Part shown: in pieces, positions 49,051-62,110 of the stretch | Layout of the letters: each line of letters opens with the position of its first letter | How positions within the stretch are numbered: position 1 is the first letter of the stretch | DNA from: Lama guanicoe | Taxonomy: Eukaryota | Assembly: GCA_013239625.1 (NCBI GenBank) | Contig: MU055549.1 | Span: 1,513,746 to 1,577,745 of the forward strand | Length of the DNA: 64,000 bases | Direction: 5' to 3' | Notes under the pieces: model-generated | Database searches by the model: none | What the model was told of the DNA's origin: nothing | The model's input: the letters and a program-made list of their open reading frames with translations, nothing else | Position numbers and translations under genes: made by a program

Positions 49051-49559
49051 ACGCACCAGTGACACTGTTTGCACGACATCCCAGCTTCTCCCCCGGGAGG
49101 GGCCCAGGGGCGTCCCGCCGCGCTCTCTGTGTCTGCGGAGCCCCGCCCTGGGGGCTGCACACTGGGTTGCGAGCAGCCTCGGGAGGTCCCTCCGGGAGGT
49201 CCCTTGGGCCTCACAGCCTCTGAGGTGGGGCATCCTTTCCTCCTCTCTCCCGACACCAGCCGCACTGTCCTGACTCCATTCCACGGCGCTGCCTGCCTGG
49301 TCTTCTGCCCCCTGCCCCCCTCCCCCCTCCGGTTTCTCCGACAAGCCTCTCGTCCCTTCCCCTTTCTCCTTTGCACGTCTGCTGCCCCCCTCCATCTTCC
49401 GGTGTCCCCCCAGGACATCATGGGACACGTATTTCCGCCCACCTGGGGTGGACACAGGGGACCCTCTCGGCTGGAGGCACTGGTCCCCCGGGTCTCGCCA
49501 GCCTGGCCCCTCAAAGTGGGAAAACCACCCCTGCGGCTGGTGTGCGAGCCCCCGGGCCC

Positions 49560-50320
49560 CGCCCCTCACTTCCGCCGCCACACAGGCGACCTGGAACCCA
49601 ATGAATGACGTCTCCAGGGATGCCCGCCTCCCCGAGCGTTTGAACAAAGTCACTTGCAAGCAGAAGGCGGCATCACGGAAGAAGCCGCTGCTGACATTGT
49701 CTTGAATCAGAAGCCCCACCAATGCCCTGACGTCAGCGGTTGCCAGAGGGGTTGTAGAGTCAGCAAAGCCGAGAGGGAGCTTTCCCGGGAGCGTTTCTGA
49801 GAAACACTCAGTATTTCAGAAGGAGGAGGAGTCCGCCCGCCGTGGCTGACCCCCGCCCCCGCCCCCACCCTGGGAGGCCTGGAGGCCCGGGCACGCGTGG
49901 ACATGCACAGCCTCAGAGAAGCACCCCAGGCCTTCCCCAGGGCCTGATTCACGCACACCGCGCACCCTTCTCCGCAGAATCACCGCTGCGGGTTGTCCAT
50001 GGAAACCTCTAGAAGAGGGGAAGGAGCTTTTTGTTTTTAAACACTGAAGACACGTCGAAGACTTGACTCCACCAGAGCTCGGATTCCTCACCTGGCTTCC
50101 CCCGGGGCGGCTCTTGACCACTTTGAGCATTTAAATTGAATCTTCAAACATTGCAATTATTGGCTTTCCCCTTCAAATTTAATGCATTTTGTCAAAGCTG
50201 CATTTGTGGAATACCGATTTGGAGGAGATGAATTTTTCAAAGCCCAAGATTCCGTGAAGTCTGGACGGCGGGATGTTGACAGCAGGCGTCAGCGCGCGGG
50301 GCGGGGCGGGCTCTGCGTCG
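49560..50320. promoter_or_regulatory. CpG-rich promoter-like motif cluster
   Basis: ETS-like CACTTCCG 49567-49574; CCAAT 49719-49723; perfect CRE TGACGTCA 49728-49735; tandem GC boxes 49851-49866 and 50298-50310; X-box-like GTTGTCCATGGAAAC 49992-50006. Confidence 0.4.
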
Positions 50321-53300
50321 GCCTGTCCTCTCTTAAGCACACGATGCAGCCGCCTGAGACCGCGGGGCGGTGGGAGGCCTGGAAGCCCCCTCAGGGCAGC
50401 GGGTCCGGAGCGCCGGGCGCCCCGCACCTGTCCGCGCTCCGGGGGAGCTGACCATTGAACAAACAGCGGCCCCTGGCTTTTCTCCCTACCTGTCGCCTCC
50501 GAGCCCAGGTGACACGGGGTGACTGACCCGAGGTTCCTGCACTGGTACAATCGCATGACACAGATACACTGGCACACTCCCTGCGGGTTCCGTCCTGTGA
50601 CGTTACCAACCTCCCAGCCCCTGAGGGCGTTTGACTCACACTGAAGGTTGCTTCCTGGATACCGTCTTTGAAAAACATCGTCAGGTGTGGGACACACGTG
50701 CTGCTGCGAAACCCATCCAGGTGCCCGAAGTCCTGTCTCCTCCCTGCAAGGAAGCTCATCTCGCAAGAGATACTGAGCCATCGGCACCATCTAGTCACTT
50801 CCGTGTGAAAACTCTGAGGTCTCCTGAGGTTACGTTACGCCCGCGTGTTCATACTTGAGTCAGGGAAATGATCCGAGTGCGTCTTGTCAGAACTGTTTAA
50901 ATAAAAAATTTAAATATATAAAAAATACATGTCCTGATTTAGGGACGTTTAATATTCAGAGAGCCCGATTCACAGTTAGAAAGTCCTATGCTTTGCTGTA
51001 TAAAAAGGCTGTGGTTTAAATCGGACGCCTTCCAGTAGAGGTAACCCAAATGGGGCAATGTGTCTGGTTGAAAACCTTTAACTCTCCGACAACACTGAGG
51101 GTGGAAATGACACCAGAATATAAGAGGGAAGTGAAGAGGAAGCCATGCTGAAGTCACAGGTAACGCTTGGTGGCGAGGGTGTGGGTCAGGGAGCCCTCGC
51201 TGCTGGGACACCTTCGTGGGCTGGAACAGGGCGAAACCGTCTTTGGAGGCTGCGGTCAACACAGCATCTTATTTCTCTCCATAAAGAACATATTGGAGAG
51301 GAGGGTCACAGGCTCGTGGCTGCAGCGGCCCCTCGCTCCCTGGTCCCCTGTCTGCATCCGAGACCCCCCCAACTTCCTCTGCATCACCAGTCATTACCTG
51401 CTTCCTGGTGGGCAGTTGACGTGTGAAGTTAAACCGTCGGTCCTACACCGTAATTGTCATAAACGCTGGCCCCCTGTCTCGGTAATCTGGCTACTTACAG
51501 GCATTTTGTCACAATGCCAGCAACTTCTACTGCCAAGAATTTATTTTCCTGGAGTTAACTGAACCCGCTTGTAGTCAGAAGGACGGTGTCTCGCTGCCGT
51601 GCATTTCTGCGGCAGCTCACACCACGGGCGTTCTACCGGGAGAGAGTGACAGTTTGTTAAATATTTTAGAATAAGTAACTTGCACGTTGGCTAAAGTGTG
51701 TTAAAAGCCAAACAATTATGATAATGGAACGCACACTTATATTCAGAAAACCACACAGAAACGAACATAAAGGGAAAAACTTTTCTGTAGCCAAGAACGA
51801 GTGCAGGCATTTGAATCAAAGCAGAAAGTCCTCTGGGCACCATCTGGACCACGGGAAAAGCAGCCTGAATCCTGGGGGCTTGGACGATCAAAGATCCTCA
51901 GCGTAAGGGGGGAGACCAGGCGCTGAAAGGCTGTCCCTGCCGGCGGCCGTCACCACGGTGGCACAGCAGCGTGATTTTGGAAGACGGTAGAGAGGAATGG
52001 CAGGTGAGGTTGGGGACGGGAGCAAGACAGCGTGGCTGTTCCTCGGTGCTTTTAAGACCTCTGAAGACAGACCATTTTTATCCCAGGTCCCAACAAGTGC
52101 AGATTTGAACAAATAATGAATGATTTGGCTCGTCCAGGTTTCAAATCAGACTTGGTTTCCTCAAAAGTCCCAACTGGAATTAGAGGAAGCGAGAGGGGAC
52201 AGTCTCTCCTTCTTGGTGACCCATGAGAGTGAAGGCTGCTCTTCGCTGTGCAGGCAGATGCTCTCAGGTTGGCGGACTCAAGGGTGAGTATCTGAGTAAC
52301 CAAGTCCAGCAACGAAGCGAGAGGCAGAGCCATGGAGTCTGGTGCCGTGACCGCCTCCGAGCAGGGGTACCTCTGCATCCTTGAGCCCGGAGCCAGCGGG
52401 GGCATCCGTGCACCCCTGGCAGGGAATCTGCCTTTTTGAGTGCTTACTATGAGCCAGGCACCCAAATCTGTATTTTAAACTGTTTAGTGTCTCTAACAGC
52501 CTCCTGCTGTGGGTCATACAATCCACACCTTTAGACTCGGGGGCTAAGCAGCACGGCCGAGCCCACGCAGGCACGCAGCGGTGGCCTGGGGCTCCACTGT
52601 GACTTGGGGTGGGGTCACTGTGAGCTTGTTGACCACCAGGCTCTCTCTGTAAGTTTGCAGACACAGATGGCCAAGCAATTCGGGACAAACAGCCAGCGGC
52701 AGCCGTCCAGCTGGGATTGAGTTCTCCCACCTTTGTGCCCCCCGAATACGAAATGAGTCTGGAGCCTGGGCCACCTCATGCCCCGGGGCAGCCCGAGCTG
52801 TGGAGGGGAGGGAACCTAGGCAGGGGGCCGCGGTGGGATAAGCACCCCCAGGCAGGCTAGCTCCGCGGGACCCAGTGCAGGGGTGAGGCGCAGTGGAGGG
52901 AGAGCGCAAGAGGACCAGGTGCGGCAGGGTCAGAGCAGGGCCTGATGGGAAGCTCCAGGGGGGCCCGGACCACAGGGAACACAGTGGAGTGGAGGCTGTG
53001 TTCTGTTCGGACCCAGAAGCCCGGCCCACCTGTGGGGAGGGTCCCCTGAGCACGACCACAGTTCTCTGGCGCTCAGCAGCTGCCTCTCTGCAGGGCAGAG
53101 CACCGCGCCAGCGGGGCCGACCGTAACAGCCGGCCTCGGGGCTGTTGCGGGCCGGGCAGGAGCTCGGCGGCCACCTGGCCCTGGCCCAGCGCTTGGCAGG
53201 TGTCTAGGAAAGTCAGGCGCGGGGCTGAGCAGGGCAGCCCTCAGGGGGCTGCGCTGCGTCAGGCAGCGGTCCCTCCTCATGCTCCTACTTCTCTGGGAGC

Positions 53301-53484
53301 CCCAGGAGCAGCCGTTCCAGAATCATCTCCATCTCTGGATGGCTCCCCGGTGGCTCGACTAACCTCTGGGATCTCCACGCCAATTCCGGAAATGCCTCGG
53401 CCCACAGACACAATGGGGCGACCCTCTCTTGGCTCTTGGACTCACTGGAGTCCCGACCTGCAGTTTTCCTCTTCAGAGACCCCC

Positions 53485-53565
53485 TGTGCATCTGTGTGCG
53501 TGCCCGTGCGTGTGTGCACGTGTGTCGGGGGTGAGTGCATGTGTGCGTGTGTGCACACGCCTGTG
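53485..53565. repeat. Degenerate (TG)n microsatellite
   Basis: tgtgcatctgtgtgcgtgcccgtgcgtgtgtgcacgtgtgtc...gtgcatgtgtgcgtgtgtgcacac. Confidence 0.75.
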
Positions 53566-54861
53566 TTAGAGCTGAAGGATTGGGAGGGGCGGGCCGTCCA
53601 CTGAATCATCTCTCATTATGTGACGAGTCTGGTTGGTTCTCCGGCTGCCAACCATCTCTGCCCGGGGAGACTCTCCAGCGCTGGGAGCAGCAGCCTGTTT
53701 CTGGCAGCACTTGCATCCTGTGGTCCACTGGCCAGTCCCGGGGCGGGGGGGGGGCGCCCACACATTCGCAGAAGTCGCTCCCGCTAGCGGAAGGCTGCAC
53801 GGGCGGCAGGTCGGGGAGTGCCGCTTGCAGTAGAGATGAATCAGGTCCTGGGATGAGCTGCTGGGGACTGGCCGTCTCTGGTGCCTGGCCTCTCTGTGGC
53901 TGATTTTACAAGAGCTGCATGTGGGGGCACCTGATTGTGTCATGTCCTTAAGACAACCTCAGAGCAAAGAATGGTGTTTCCACCGCACAGGGAAGAAGAG
54001 AGGGGAGCGTGTGACCCGGCTCCGCGGCATTTGAATCTACCATCTGGAATCCCAGAGGCCAGCAGACACCGCAGAATCACCGCTTCACTCTTATTTTCAC
54101 ATCCAGAGGCAGGAACCCCTTCAGGAGAAGGGGTCCCAGCCAGCCTTCCAGGGCACCTCCTCCCCAGCCAGGCCGAGGGGGTGCCCGCTGCCAGCTGCTG
54201 CCCTGAAGCCCACTGCTGTCGGATGTCCTCCAGCAATGGGGGAGGCCAGGGGGGCCTGGGAGAGTGGACCCCTTGGCGTCAGGACCCACTCGTGCTCCTG
54301 CAGAGAGAGGAAGACTGCAGAGCCCGGCACCCGGCCAGCCCAGGTCTGGGGGCGAAACTGCAGCCTCGCTCGCGTGTGGACCCAGCCGTGGCCTCCTGGT
54401 GGGCGTCCCTGGGGTGGAGCTGCACCCAGCGCCCTCTGCCGGGGCCCTCGGTGACCACAGAGAGCTCGGCCTCTGGGGAGAACGGCCTTGTGCTTCACTT
54501 GACCAGGTTTTCTCCACCCCATCTCATTTCTAAACTGGGGCAGAAAGAAAAAAACCCAAACCAGTCGTTCGGCTGTGGGGAACCTCTGGGCGGGAGGTGC
54601 CCATCAGCTCTTCCCGCTCCCGGACACAGGGGCCCCGGGTCTGAGGAGCACGTCTGCCTCTCAGGTTGGGGTTTGTGGCTCCAGAGGGACAAGCGCGGAC
54701 GCAGCAGAGCCTGGAAGGTCGCGGCGGCACCAGCGTGTGCGGCGGGCCCCGCGCCCCGTCTGCCGCCCGCGCCCTCTGCGCTGCTTCCTGTGTCTTCGCT
54801 CTCCCGCCTCCTCACGGGAACCTGCCATCTTCCAGAGAATTTAGAAGCTTTTTTCCCTTCC

Positions 54862-54962
54862 TTTTTTTTTAACTGAAGTCCAGTCAGTCTGCACTGCTGT
54901 GTCAGTCTCTGGTGTGCAGCGCGTCTCAGTCACACGTACACACACGTACGTTCCTTTTCACG
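54862..54962 (-). mobile_element. Short camelid-type L1 3' tail, antisense
   Basis: T-run then aactgaagtccagtcagtctgcactgctgtgtcagtctctggtgtgcagc, a diverged reverse complement of the tail at 34075-34120 of this window. Confidence 0.75.
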
Positions 54963-56379
54963 TCAGAGATGTTGATTTGTGAGAAATACAGAGTTTTCCT
55001 TATAATCGTGCTCCACACTAAGAAGTGGAGTAATTGCCTGAATTTTGATGCTGCGTTGAGCCGACACGTTATTTTCAAGGATCTCAACACCCCAAGCCCT
55101 TGCTTAAACGCAGCGTTTTAATCAACGTGCTTGGTACAGTGTGAATGTGTGTCAAAGAGCCGGAGGCTGTGAGCCTGTGCTGCGCGGGGCGACGACGCCT
55201 CAGAGCTGCTTCCGCGGGGCCCATCGCGTGCTCTTCTCCAAGTGACAAAACGGGGAGGACAGAATCCTGGGAGGGAGGCAGAAGCTCACGCGCCAACCCA
55301 AGCAATGAATCAGATTTGCCGTGAAGACCATCTCGGGCATTTGAAGTGGAGGGTGTGGTACGTCTCCCTGACCCTGGCCTGGGGGTCACTTACGTCCTTT
55401 ATACAAGAGTCGAGGGTCGGAAGCTTCAGGGTCAGAGACGGGAGGACGCACCCCAGCAGACCCAGGAACAGCCTCTCCTCAGAGCACAAAACTCACCTCC
55501 AACCTGCAGAAATTCAGTGTAAGCTTTATTTAATACCATGTGATTATGGAGTTATTGTATTAATTTATGTTGTAAATTATTCCTTTATAATTATATATAA
55601 AATGACTGTATATGCATAATGACAAATTATATAAAAAGTGCAGCGTGGCCCATGCCCAGTGGTCAGGGATTTTTTCCTTTTTTTCTCCCCACCTGATGGT
55701 AGTATTTCTGACACCAAAATGGTCCCCAACACAGGGCAGTGGCTCAGAAACCACGTGCAGAGCGTTGAAGGAACATCTCCTCTCTGAAATGGCTGTCTGT
55801 CTGTCCACACCGAATGGCTTCTGAGTAAGTCACAAGCCCCTGCAGACACATCTCCCCGAACTCTCCCACGATGGTGGACAATGACATCAAATCCACTGAG
55901 TCGGTGCCTGTTGGTCCAGACCTCCCTGTAGATTTGGGGAAGCTTCGCCAACCACTGAGCCTCTACTTCCAACTCAGTTACTTCTTTGTCGCGACAGATT
56001 TACAGTGTCGAGGGGACGAAGGGGAGGAGGTACAAGTTTTGCAAACAGCCTTCTGGTTACCCTGACGGCCCTTTACCGCCCCTGGCAAAGCACTGTGGTC
56101 CAGGGGACTTAAGATGAGGAAACGGGGGCTCTGGTTTGGGGAGAGACTGGGGCCTGGGTTCTGTTGCAGATTCATGCAGCCCAGGCCGGGGTCTCTAACC
56201 CAGCAGAGGCCTCGCCTGCGTGCTTGTCCACTCTCCTATGTGCCGACACCTTGTTTCCTGCCCCTTGAGAAAAAGTAATGTAGAACACTGGATTCTCAGC
56301 ATCAGATCAAAAACTCTTCTATTTTCCGATCATGCTATCTATCTTGATAATTTTTTGATCTAACTTACACGGCCTGAAT

Positions 56380-56790
56380 CCCTAAAATGTGTTTTGCCAG
56401 CTGGCATGGCTTTATTGAGCTATCCATCATGATGGTGACATTGCCACTAACTAACTAGCAGCAGCTACAGATGGCGGCAGCGCATTCCCGGAGACCCGGG
56501 CCAGGCAAATTATATCAAATTCAGCTTTTTAATGGTCTTTCCTTATTTGGTTTTGAAAATGACAGACTATCAACCAATGTGTTCTGTAATTCCAAAGACT
56601 AATAGTGCCGAAAGGTTTTGTTTTCTCGTTAAAGATGAATGGCATTGACATTTAAATAGATCACTTCCAATAGGTCCTTGGGACTTCACGCAGGTAATTA
56701 TTAAAAATATTTTCCAGCACATTGCAGCCTGCCACATCTGTCTAGGTGTGTAATTCCAGGGGCGAGAGGCACGCTTGTTAATCATTCCTG
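56380..56790. promoter_or_regulatory. Candidate conserved enhancer
   Basis: Repeat-free AT-rich block: CAGATG/CATCTG E-boxes, ttttaatgg, tgacag/tgacat, gtaattattaa, gttaatcatt. Confidence 0.45.
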
Positions 56791-59461
56791 CCTCGCTGGG
56801 GCTGTCACGGGAAGCCCACTCCGGAATCCGCCTCTGGGGGCGGCCGGGAAGGCTGAGGTTCCAGTGAAGGTGCCCACACAGCCCGGAGTGACGCCGGCAC
56901 GCGCAGTCCTGCCCCCGGGAGCGTTCATTTCCCGGGGAGTTTGAGCCTGACTCGTGCTAACAGCGACTCGCAGAGGCCGGAAGAACGCACTGAACGGTGG
57001 TCCGCTCTCCGCTCTCCTTAGGGATGTTTGTTGAACAATGTGGTAACCAGGTTACAGAAACAGAAACCTACTTTCCTTGCTGCCCCCAGAGGATTCCGGA
57101 AGCCTCCACACTGAAGAGTGGCCTCCTGGACTCCTCCCGCCCAGCGCGGGCCGTTCATCACACGGGAGCCACGTTGGCTCCGCTACATCTGTTTGTCCAT
57201 CTGGTCAGAAGGGCTGGTTGCAGCTGTGAAGTGGAGATAACTGAACACGACGAGGGGACAGACATCTGGCACACCCAACAGCCCCAGCCCCAGCCGCTCC
57301 GCTCGGCTGACGTGCGACACAAGGCTCTCCACGTCCCTCAGGCCCAGTCCCCCTGCAGGGCCCTCCCTCTCCGGCTTTGGCACGTCCTTCCTCAGCGTCT
57401 AGCGTCTGCAGGTTCTGCCCTCGACCAGGTGCCTGGCTCCCCCCACGTCAGCCCAAGACCAGGGGAACCTCGGCTTCACCCCTTCCAGCGGCTGAATCTC
57501 TCTCTTGATGTTAGACCTCTTCTCTGCTTCAGTACAAGTAAAGACAGCCCTCGAGCAGCTCTCAGCGTTGCTCGTTCCCTGGGATGACCGTTCTACGCTC
57601 ACGTGTGAAGGTCCTCGACTGAGAGAGCGCGCTCCTGCTAGTTAGGGATTCCATCTCTGTCCCTCCTTCTGCTCGGCTGTGCCCACGCGCACCCGGGAAC
57701 CTGCCTCCGGCCTTCACGCCTCCAGCACCGAGTCCTGAATACAGTGTCCCCGCTGCCCTGGTTTGTCCTCTGCCTTGTGTTCCACAAAGCATGGTGGTTC
57801 TCCGTGTGCTCCCTGAGCGAGCGTCTCCATCACTCATTGGTGCACGTGGTGATGAGGGAAGTCGCGGACTGGATCTCCGCAGGCCTTCTCTGCCACTTCC
57901 CTGTGCCTCCAGCTCTGGGCCAGAGCGAGGGTGGCCCTGAGTCAGTGCTGGAAGGACACAGCCATTCGCACCCACTTAGGGTCCGTCCCCCAGGGCCTCC
58001 CCACCCTCGGAGTCTGCCCTCTGACCACGTTTACCAGGTGGGCCGGGCCTGTGTCTCTGGGCCCCGCGCCCGCCCCTGCTCCCCAGTGCACCCCTCCCAG
58101 AGCCCACACGACCTTCCACTCTGCCTTGCAGGGGTCACCACAGCTAAACCTGGCTCAGACTGAATTCAGCACCTCCCCAGAGGACACATCTGATTCACTC
58201 TTTCGGTGGAGTAATGAGCATTTTCTCCACGCCAGAGACCTGGGGCAGGTGTGCAAGTGAGGGGGAGAGATGTGGTGCTGCCACAAGGGTTCAAGGGCGG
58301 GGCTCCTCCGAAGGGGGGGGAGGGGGACAAGGGGGAGGAGGACACAGTCAGCGAAGGTGACAGGAGCTGCTCCCCCACCTCAGCAGGGAGCCCTGGCTGC
58401 CCTGTGAACCAAGCACGTGGGCATTTGGGCCCCAGGTCTCTACCCTGCACCCCCTTTCTTCCTGTCTTCAGGGGAAAATTAAACGGTGTGTGGTGGGGGC
58501 GTGCAAAGTTAGAGAAGTGTCCATGGTCCGCGGCAGGGGTGACTGCCAGCCCAGCCCTGCGGGGTGCAGGATGGAGGGTGGAGGACGAGGCTCCGGGTCT
58601 GAAGGAGAAGCCGGAGGAGGAGGCACTGTCCCGTGCCCCGCCGGCTCCTCTGGGCAGGGCAGCCTTGCCTCTGTTCAGGGACTTTTCTTTAGAAATGCAA
58701 ACAACACACAACCCATTCCCTAAAGCCTTCCAGTCTTCATTAAAAACATAATTAAGGGTTGGATTTGTTCACGTGGGGCTGCAGGTGAGTGTCATTAGCT
58801 CAATGCGAGGCAGCACCTGGAACTTCTAAACGATTTTTCTTTTCCCTCCTGCACTGAGCCTGATCGACCACAGCCATTAAAGTTTTTCCAATTTAAAGTT
58901 GAAGTTCAAGTAATAAAATTGGCTGCGTTTGTTTTTAATATGAGGAATTAGAGCCTGAAGATTTCGGATCAGACTCCGGCTCTGATAATGAGTTCCAGGA
59001 GCCACGGCCTCCATCGGCAGATCCTGGGAAAAACTGCGCAGCGAAGAGGCAAAGCAGATGGGACGCGGTTGGAAGGACAAGGCGGCTTGGGGCATCGCTT
59101 GGCTCAGTTGTGTTACGTTTCCAACAGGCGATAAATTCAGCCACCACTTTTAGGAAAGGGAAGCGGTGATGGAGGCAGAAGAAAACGCTTTATGATGTGG
59201 GCCCCGCCATCCTGTGCCCGGGCGTCCCTAGCCCACATCCCGCGGCTACTGGAGGAAGCTGCCCTGGGGACACCAGGCTCCAGCAGCACACACCGCACCC
59301 CCAGAAAGACGGTCAGGCCCAGCCTGGGATGCTTTCCGATCCTGACTCCCAAAGGCAGGGCTGGACCCCTTTCCACCATCACTCAGGCTGCCCGAACGTC
59401 CTGGGAGATGCATCGCCAGTCAGTCTCTTCTCTCTCTCACATACCCACACACACACGTGTG

Positions 59462-59967
59462 TGTGATAGAAAAACATCGCAGCCGTATCAGTAAACAAAG
59501 GACGCTGTGGCCATCAGGTCATCAGCCGCTGCCCCCGCCCCCGACTGTGAGCGGAGGGGGCTCAGGATGGAGACCAGCAGGCAGCCCAGCCTCTGCGGCC
59601 GCCCCCAGCAGTGCCCCCAAGGGGATGCAGGACGGGAAAGCACAGGACACTGGCCCCGGCAGCTCCGGTGCCCATCAGAGGAGTGATTTCAGGGAGCCCA
59701 GACCTTTGCGCCCTCCCGTACATAGCAAAGCGCTAAGTTCCTCACCTGGGCACGTCTGAGTTTCTTTAATTAACAGTCACCTCTTGATATTCTGACTGCC
59801 TGGTCTTTGCTGTAAAAACCCCCACGTGTCCTGCCTCTGTGGAGCCGTCCCTCAGAGGGATCTGAGAGGCCTCCATCCGAGGCTCCAGGGGCTCCGGTCC
59901 TCAGAAACGCCCACCCAATGGAGCATAGCTCTCGACTTCTAGGCTGTGCCTTGTATCTCAGTTGACA
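59462..59967 (+). mobile_element. Solo ERV1-type LTR with target-site duplication
   Basis: TGTGATAGAAAAACATC...cagtaaacaaaggacgctgtggccatc...catagctctcgacttctaggctgtgcc...cagttgaCA; flanked by cgtgtg at 59456-59461 and 59968-59973 (4-bp cgtg if the LTR starts at 59460). Confidence 0.8.
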
Positions 59968-61098
59968 CGTGTGTAAAGGAAATCAGGGAGTCGACACATT
60001 TTAACTTGAAAATATAGAATACAGCTAAGTGTTCAGGATGTGATTTATGTTTAGAACCTGTGTTTTAATGATTTTGCATTTCATTTCCCATTTCTGCTTT
60101 CAATCTCCATAAGCAACAAGGGGGCCAACTGTGCGCACCTTGGCCGTAAACCCAGGAATATATCTGCCCCCTCCGCCCCCAGCTCTCCAGCCGAGCTCCG
60201 GCCTCTGCTGCGCTCGGCGGCCCCGCTGACCCAGGCTCTCAGGGCCCTGTCCGCTCCGCCCCGCCCCCTGGGCCGCGGGCGCCCCTCCGCATCCCCATCC
60301 GTACGCACAGCCGGGCGCTCAGGGCTCACTGAGCGCTGCCTGAATGTCTGCGTCAGGTTGCAGAGTAAGTCCTTTCCTTGTGACTCAAGCTTATTCATTT
60401 AAGCACCATTCTTTCTTTTTCCCCGTATTTCAAATCCAAAAGGAAGTCTTTCAGGCGCCCATGTCTCCTTAAGAGAGTCATCCACCTTACTAGACGGCTC
60501 TCCCTGGATGCCGGCGTGAGCCTGATTACGGAAGGTGCAAAATCCAGCCCGTCTTCTGCTTCCGAAGGGGAGCAGGACCCTGTGGGCTCTCCATGGTACA
60601 AATCCTTTCTCTCCCCATTTTCTCTTGTAGGACACAGGCTTCATTCGGCCTCCTTGACCTTCCCTGAGTCCTAAAGGGCAGATTCAAAGAGCTGCTAATC
60701 ACAGAAGTGAGGGTGCGCAGGAACAAAGGAAGAGCAGCCAGGAGACAGCAGTGCGGCCCTGGGGCAGGGGCCGGGGCCCTCCTCAAGGAGCACACACAAC
60801 GGTGTCTAAGTTCTTCCGCAGAAACTTAATGTCCCCTTCCCCAGCCCCTGCTCTTGTTTATGGCCGAGCAGAATCTTCAGAGATGGTTTTTTGGGGGGAC
60901 GCTGAGCCCACCAGACGGCCAGCATTCTGGGTAAAAGCAACCTCCTTCTTGTTACCAAGTTGCTGCCCCTAGGACCACACCCCTGCCCCTCCCTCGTCCA
61001 CAAACCGAGGACTCTAAGTCTCAGGAGGCAGACGCAGAGCAGAAACAAGGACCGGGCAGAACCACGAGGCCCAGGGTGGTCGAGGACTTGGCTCCCAG

Positions 61099-61190
61099 TG
61101 ACCTTGACCTCATTATATGCGCGTTGTCATAGGTTAGCTGCCCAGTGACACACCCACCGGCACCATGATGCTGACAGTTGCCATGACAAC
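61099..61190. promoter_or_regulatory. Perfect nuclear-receptor DR0 plus RFX X-box
   Basis: TGACCTTGACCT at 61099-61110 (AGGTCAAGGTCA on minus); GTTGCCATGACAAC at 61177-61190 (13/14 to GTTGCCATGGCAAC). Confidence 0.55.
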
Positions 61191-61964
61191 AGCCGGAAAA
61201 GTCCACACACAGACAGAAAAACGGCGACTGGCCCCCACACGCCCGGAAGGAGGCCGTGGTGGCAGGAGCCTCCCCTCACAGCCCACGTGGCCGCCCCGGA
61301 GCCGGGGCTGCCGGGACTGGCCATCCTGGCTGACGGCTCCCGCCTGAGCGCCTTTCCTTCCATTTCCCCTTCTGAGCAATACTGCGCCCTCGCTGTGCCC
61401 CTCTGCCTCTGCTGCGCGAATGCTTTCGCCTCCGGCAGCCAGGACCACGCTGTGGTGGGCCTTCTAATTTAGGGTCTCCCCATCTGCTGACTCTTCCTTG
61501 AGGCCCGGACCCCGCCCTCTGTTTCCTCTCCGTCACTGGTTACAGAAACCAGAATTCCGGGTGTCACCTCCCTTCTCCTCTCGGCCTCCACCTCCCTCGG
61601 TCTTGTGGGGTCCACGCTGCTCTCCAGCACCAGAGGGGGACTCGTGCGGTCTCCTGGTGAGTGTGTCCAGGGGCGGGCGTCAGCAGGGGACAGAGCACGA
61701 GGACAGTAAGTTGGATTTCTTCCCTCCCCTCCCCCCTCCTGACCTAGGCCACCCGCTCTCCCCAAAGCCAGGGGGACGTCACATGACCCTCTCCTGGGGG
61801 TGCCCCAGACAGGAGGGGGCAGAAGCACCTGTGACAGACGGCCTTTCAGCCGATGCTAAGGCGATGCCGGGCACTCTATGGGGGCACTTCCGACGTGAGA
61901 ACCAGGCTGCAAACACGGCGGAAAGCGGTCAAGGGCGTGGGGTTGGACCCCGGGAGGGCGGGGG

Positions 61965-62110
61965 AGCAGCTACATAACCTGGGGGCCCAGCACAAGATGA
62001 TAACGTGGGGTCCCTTGATCAATATTTATGAAGACTTTCAAGACGGCGGTGACAGAGCACACGACCGATTGCGGGCACCTGGAACACAGGGCTCGGCCCC
62101 CCACGCCCAC
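61965..62110. mobile_element. MER45A-like hAT MITE
   Basis: gctacataacctgggggcccagcacaagatgataacgtggggtcccttgatcaatatttatgaagactttcaagacggcggtgacagagc is collinear with the recalled MER45A consensus. Confidence 0.7.

Noticed and set aside
48784-49722. 312-aa minus-strand ORF
   Set aside because: Runs into an antisense L1 3' UTR; composition is that of a chance GC-rich ORF
53935-54876. 313-aa plus-strand ORF
   Set aside because: Starts at GTG, low complexity, ends in an L1 poly-T tail; no homology recognised
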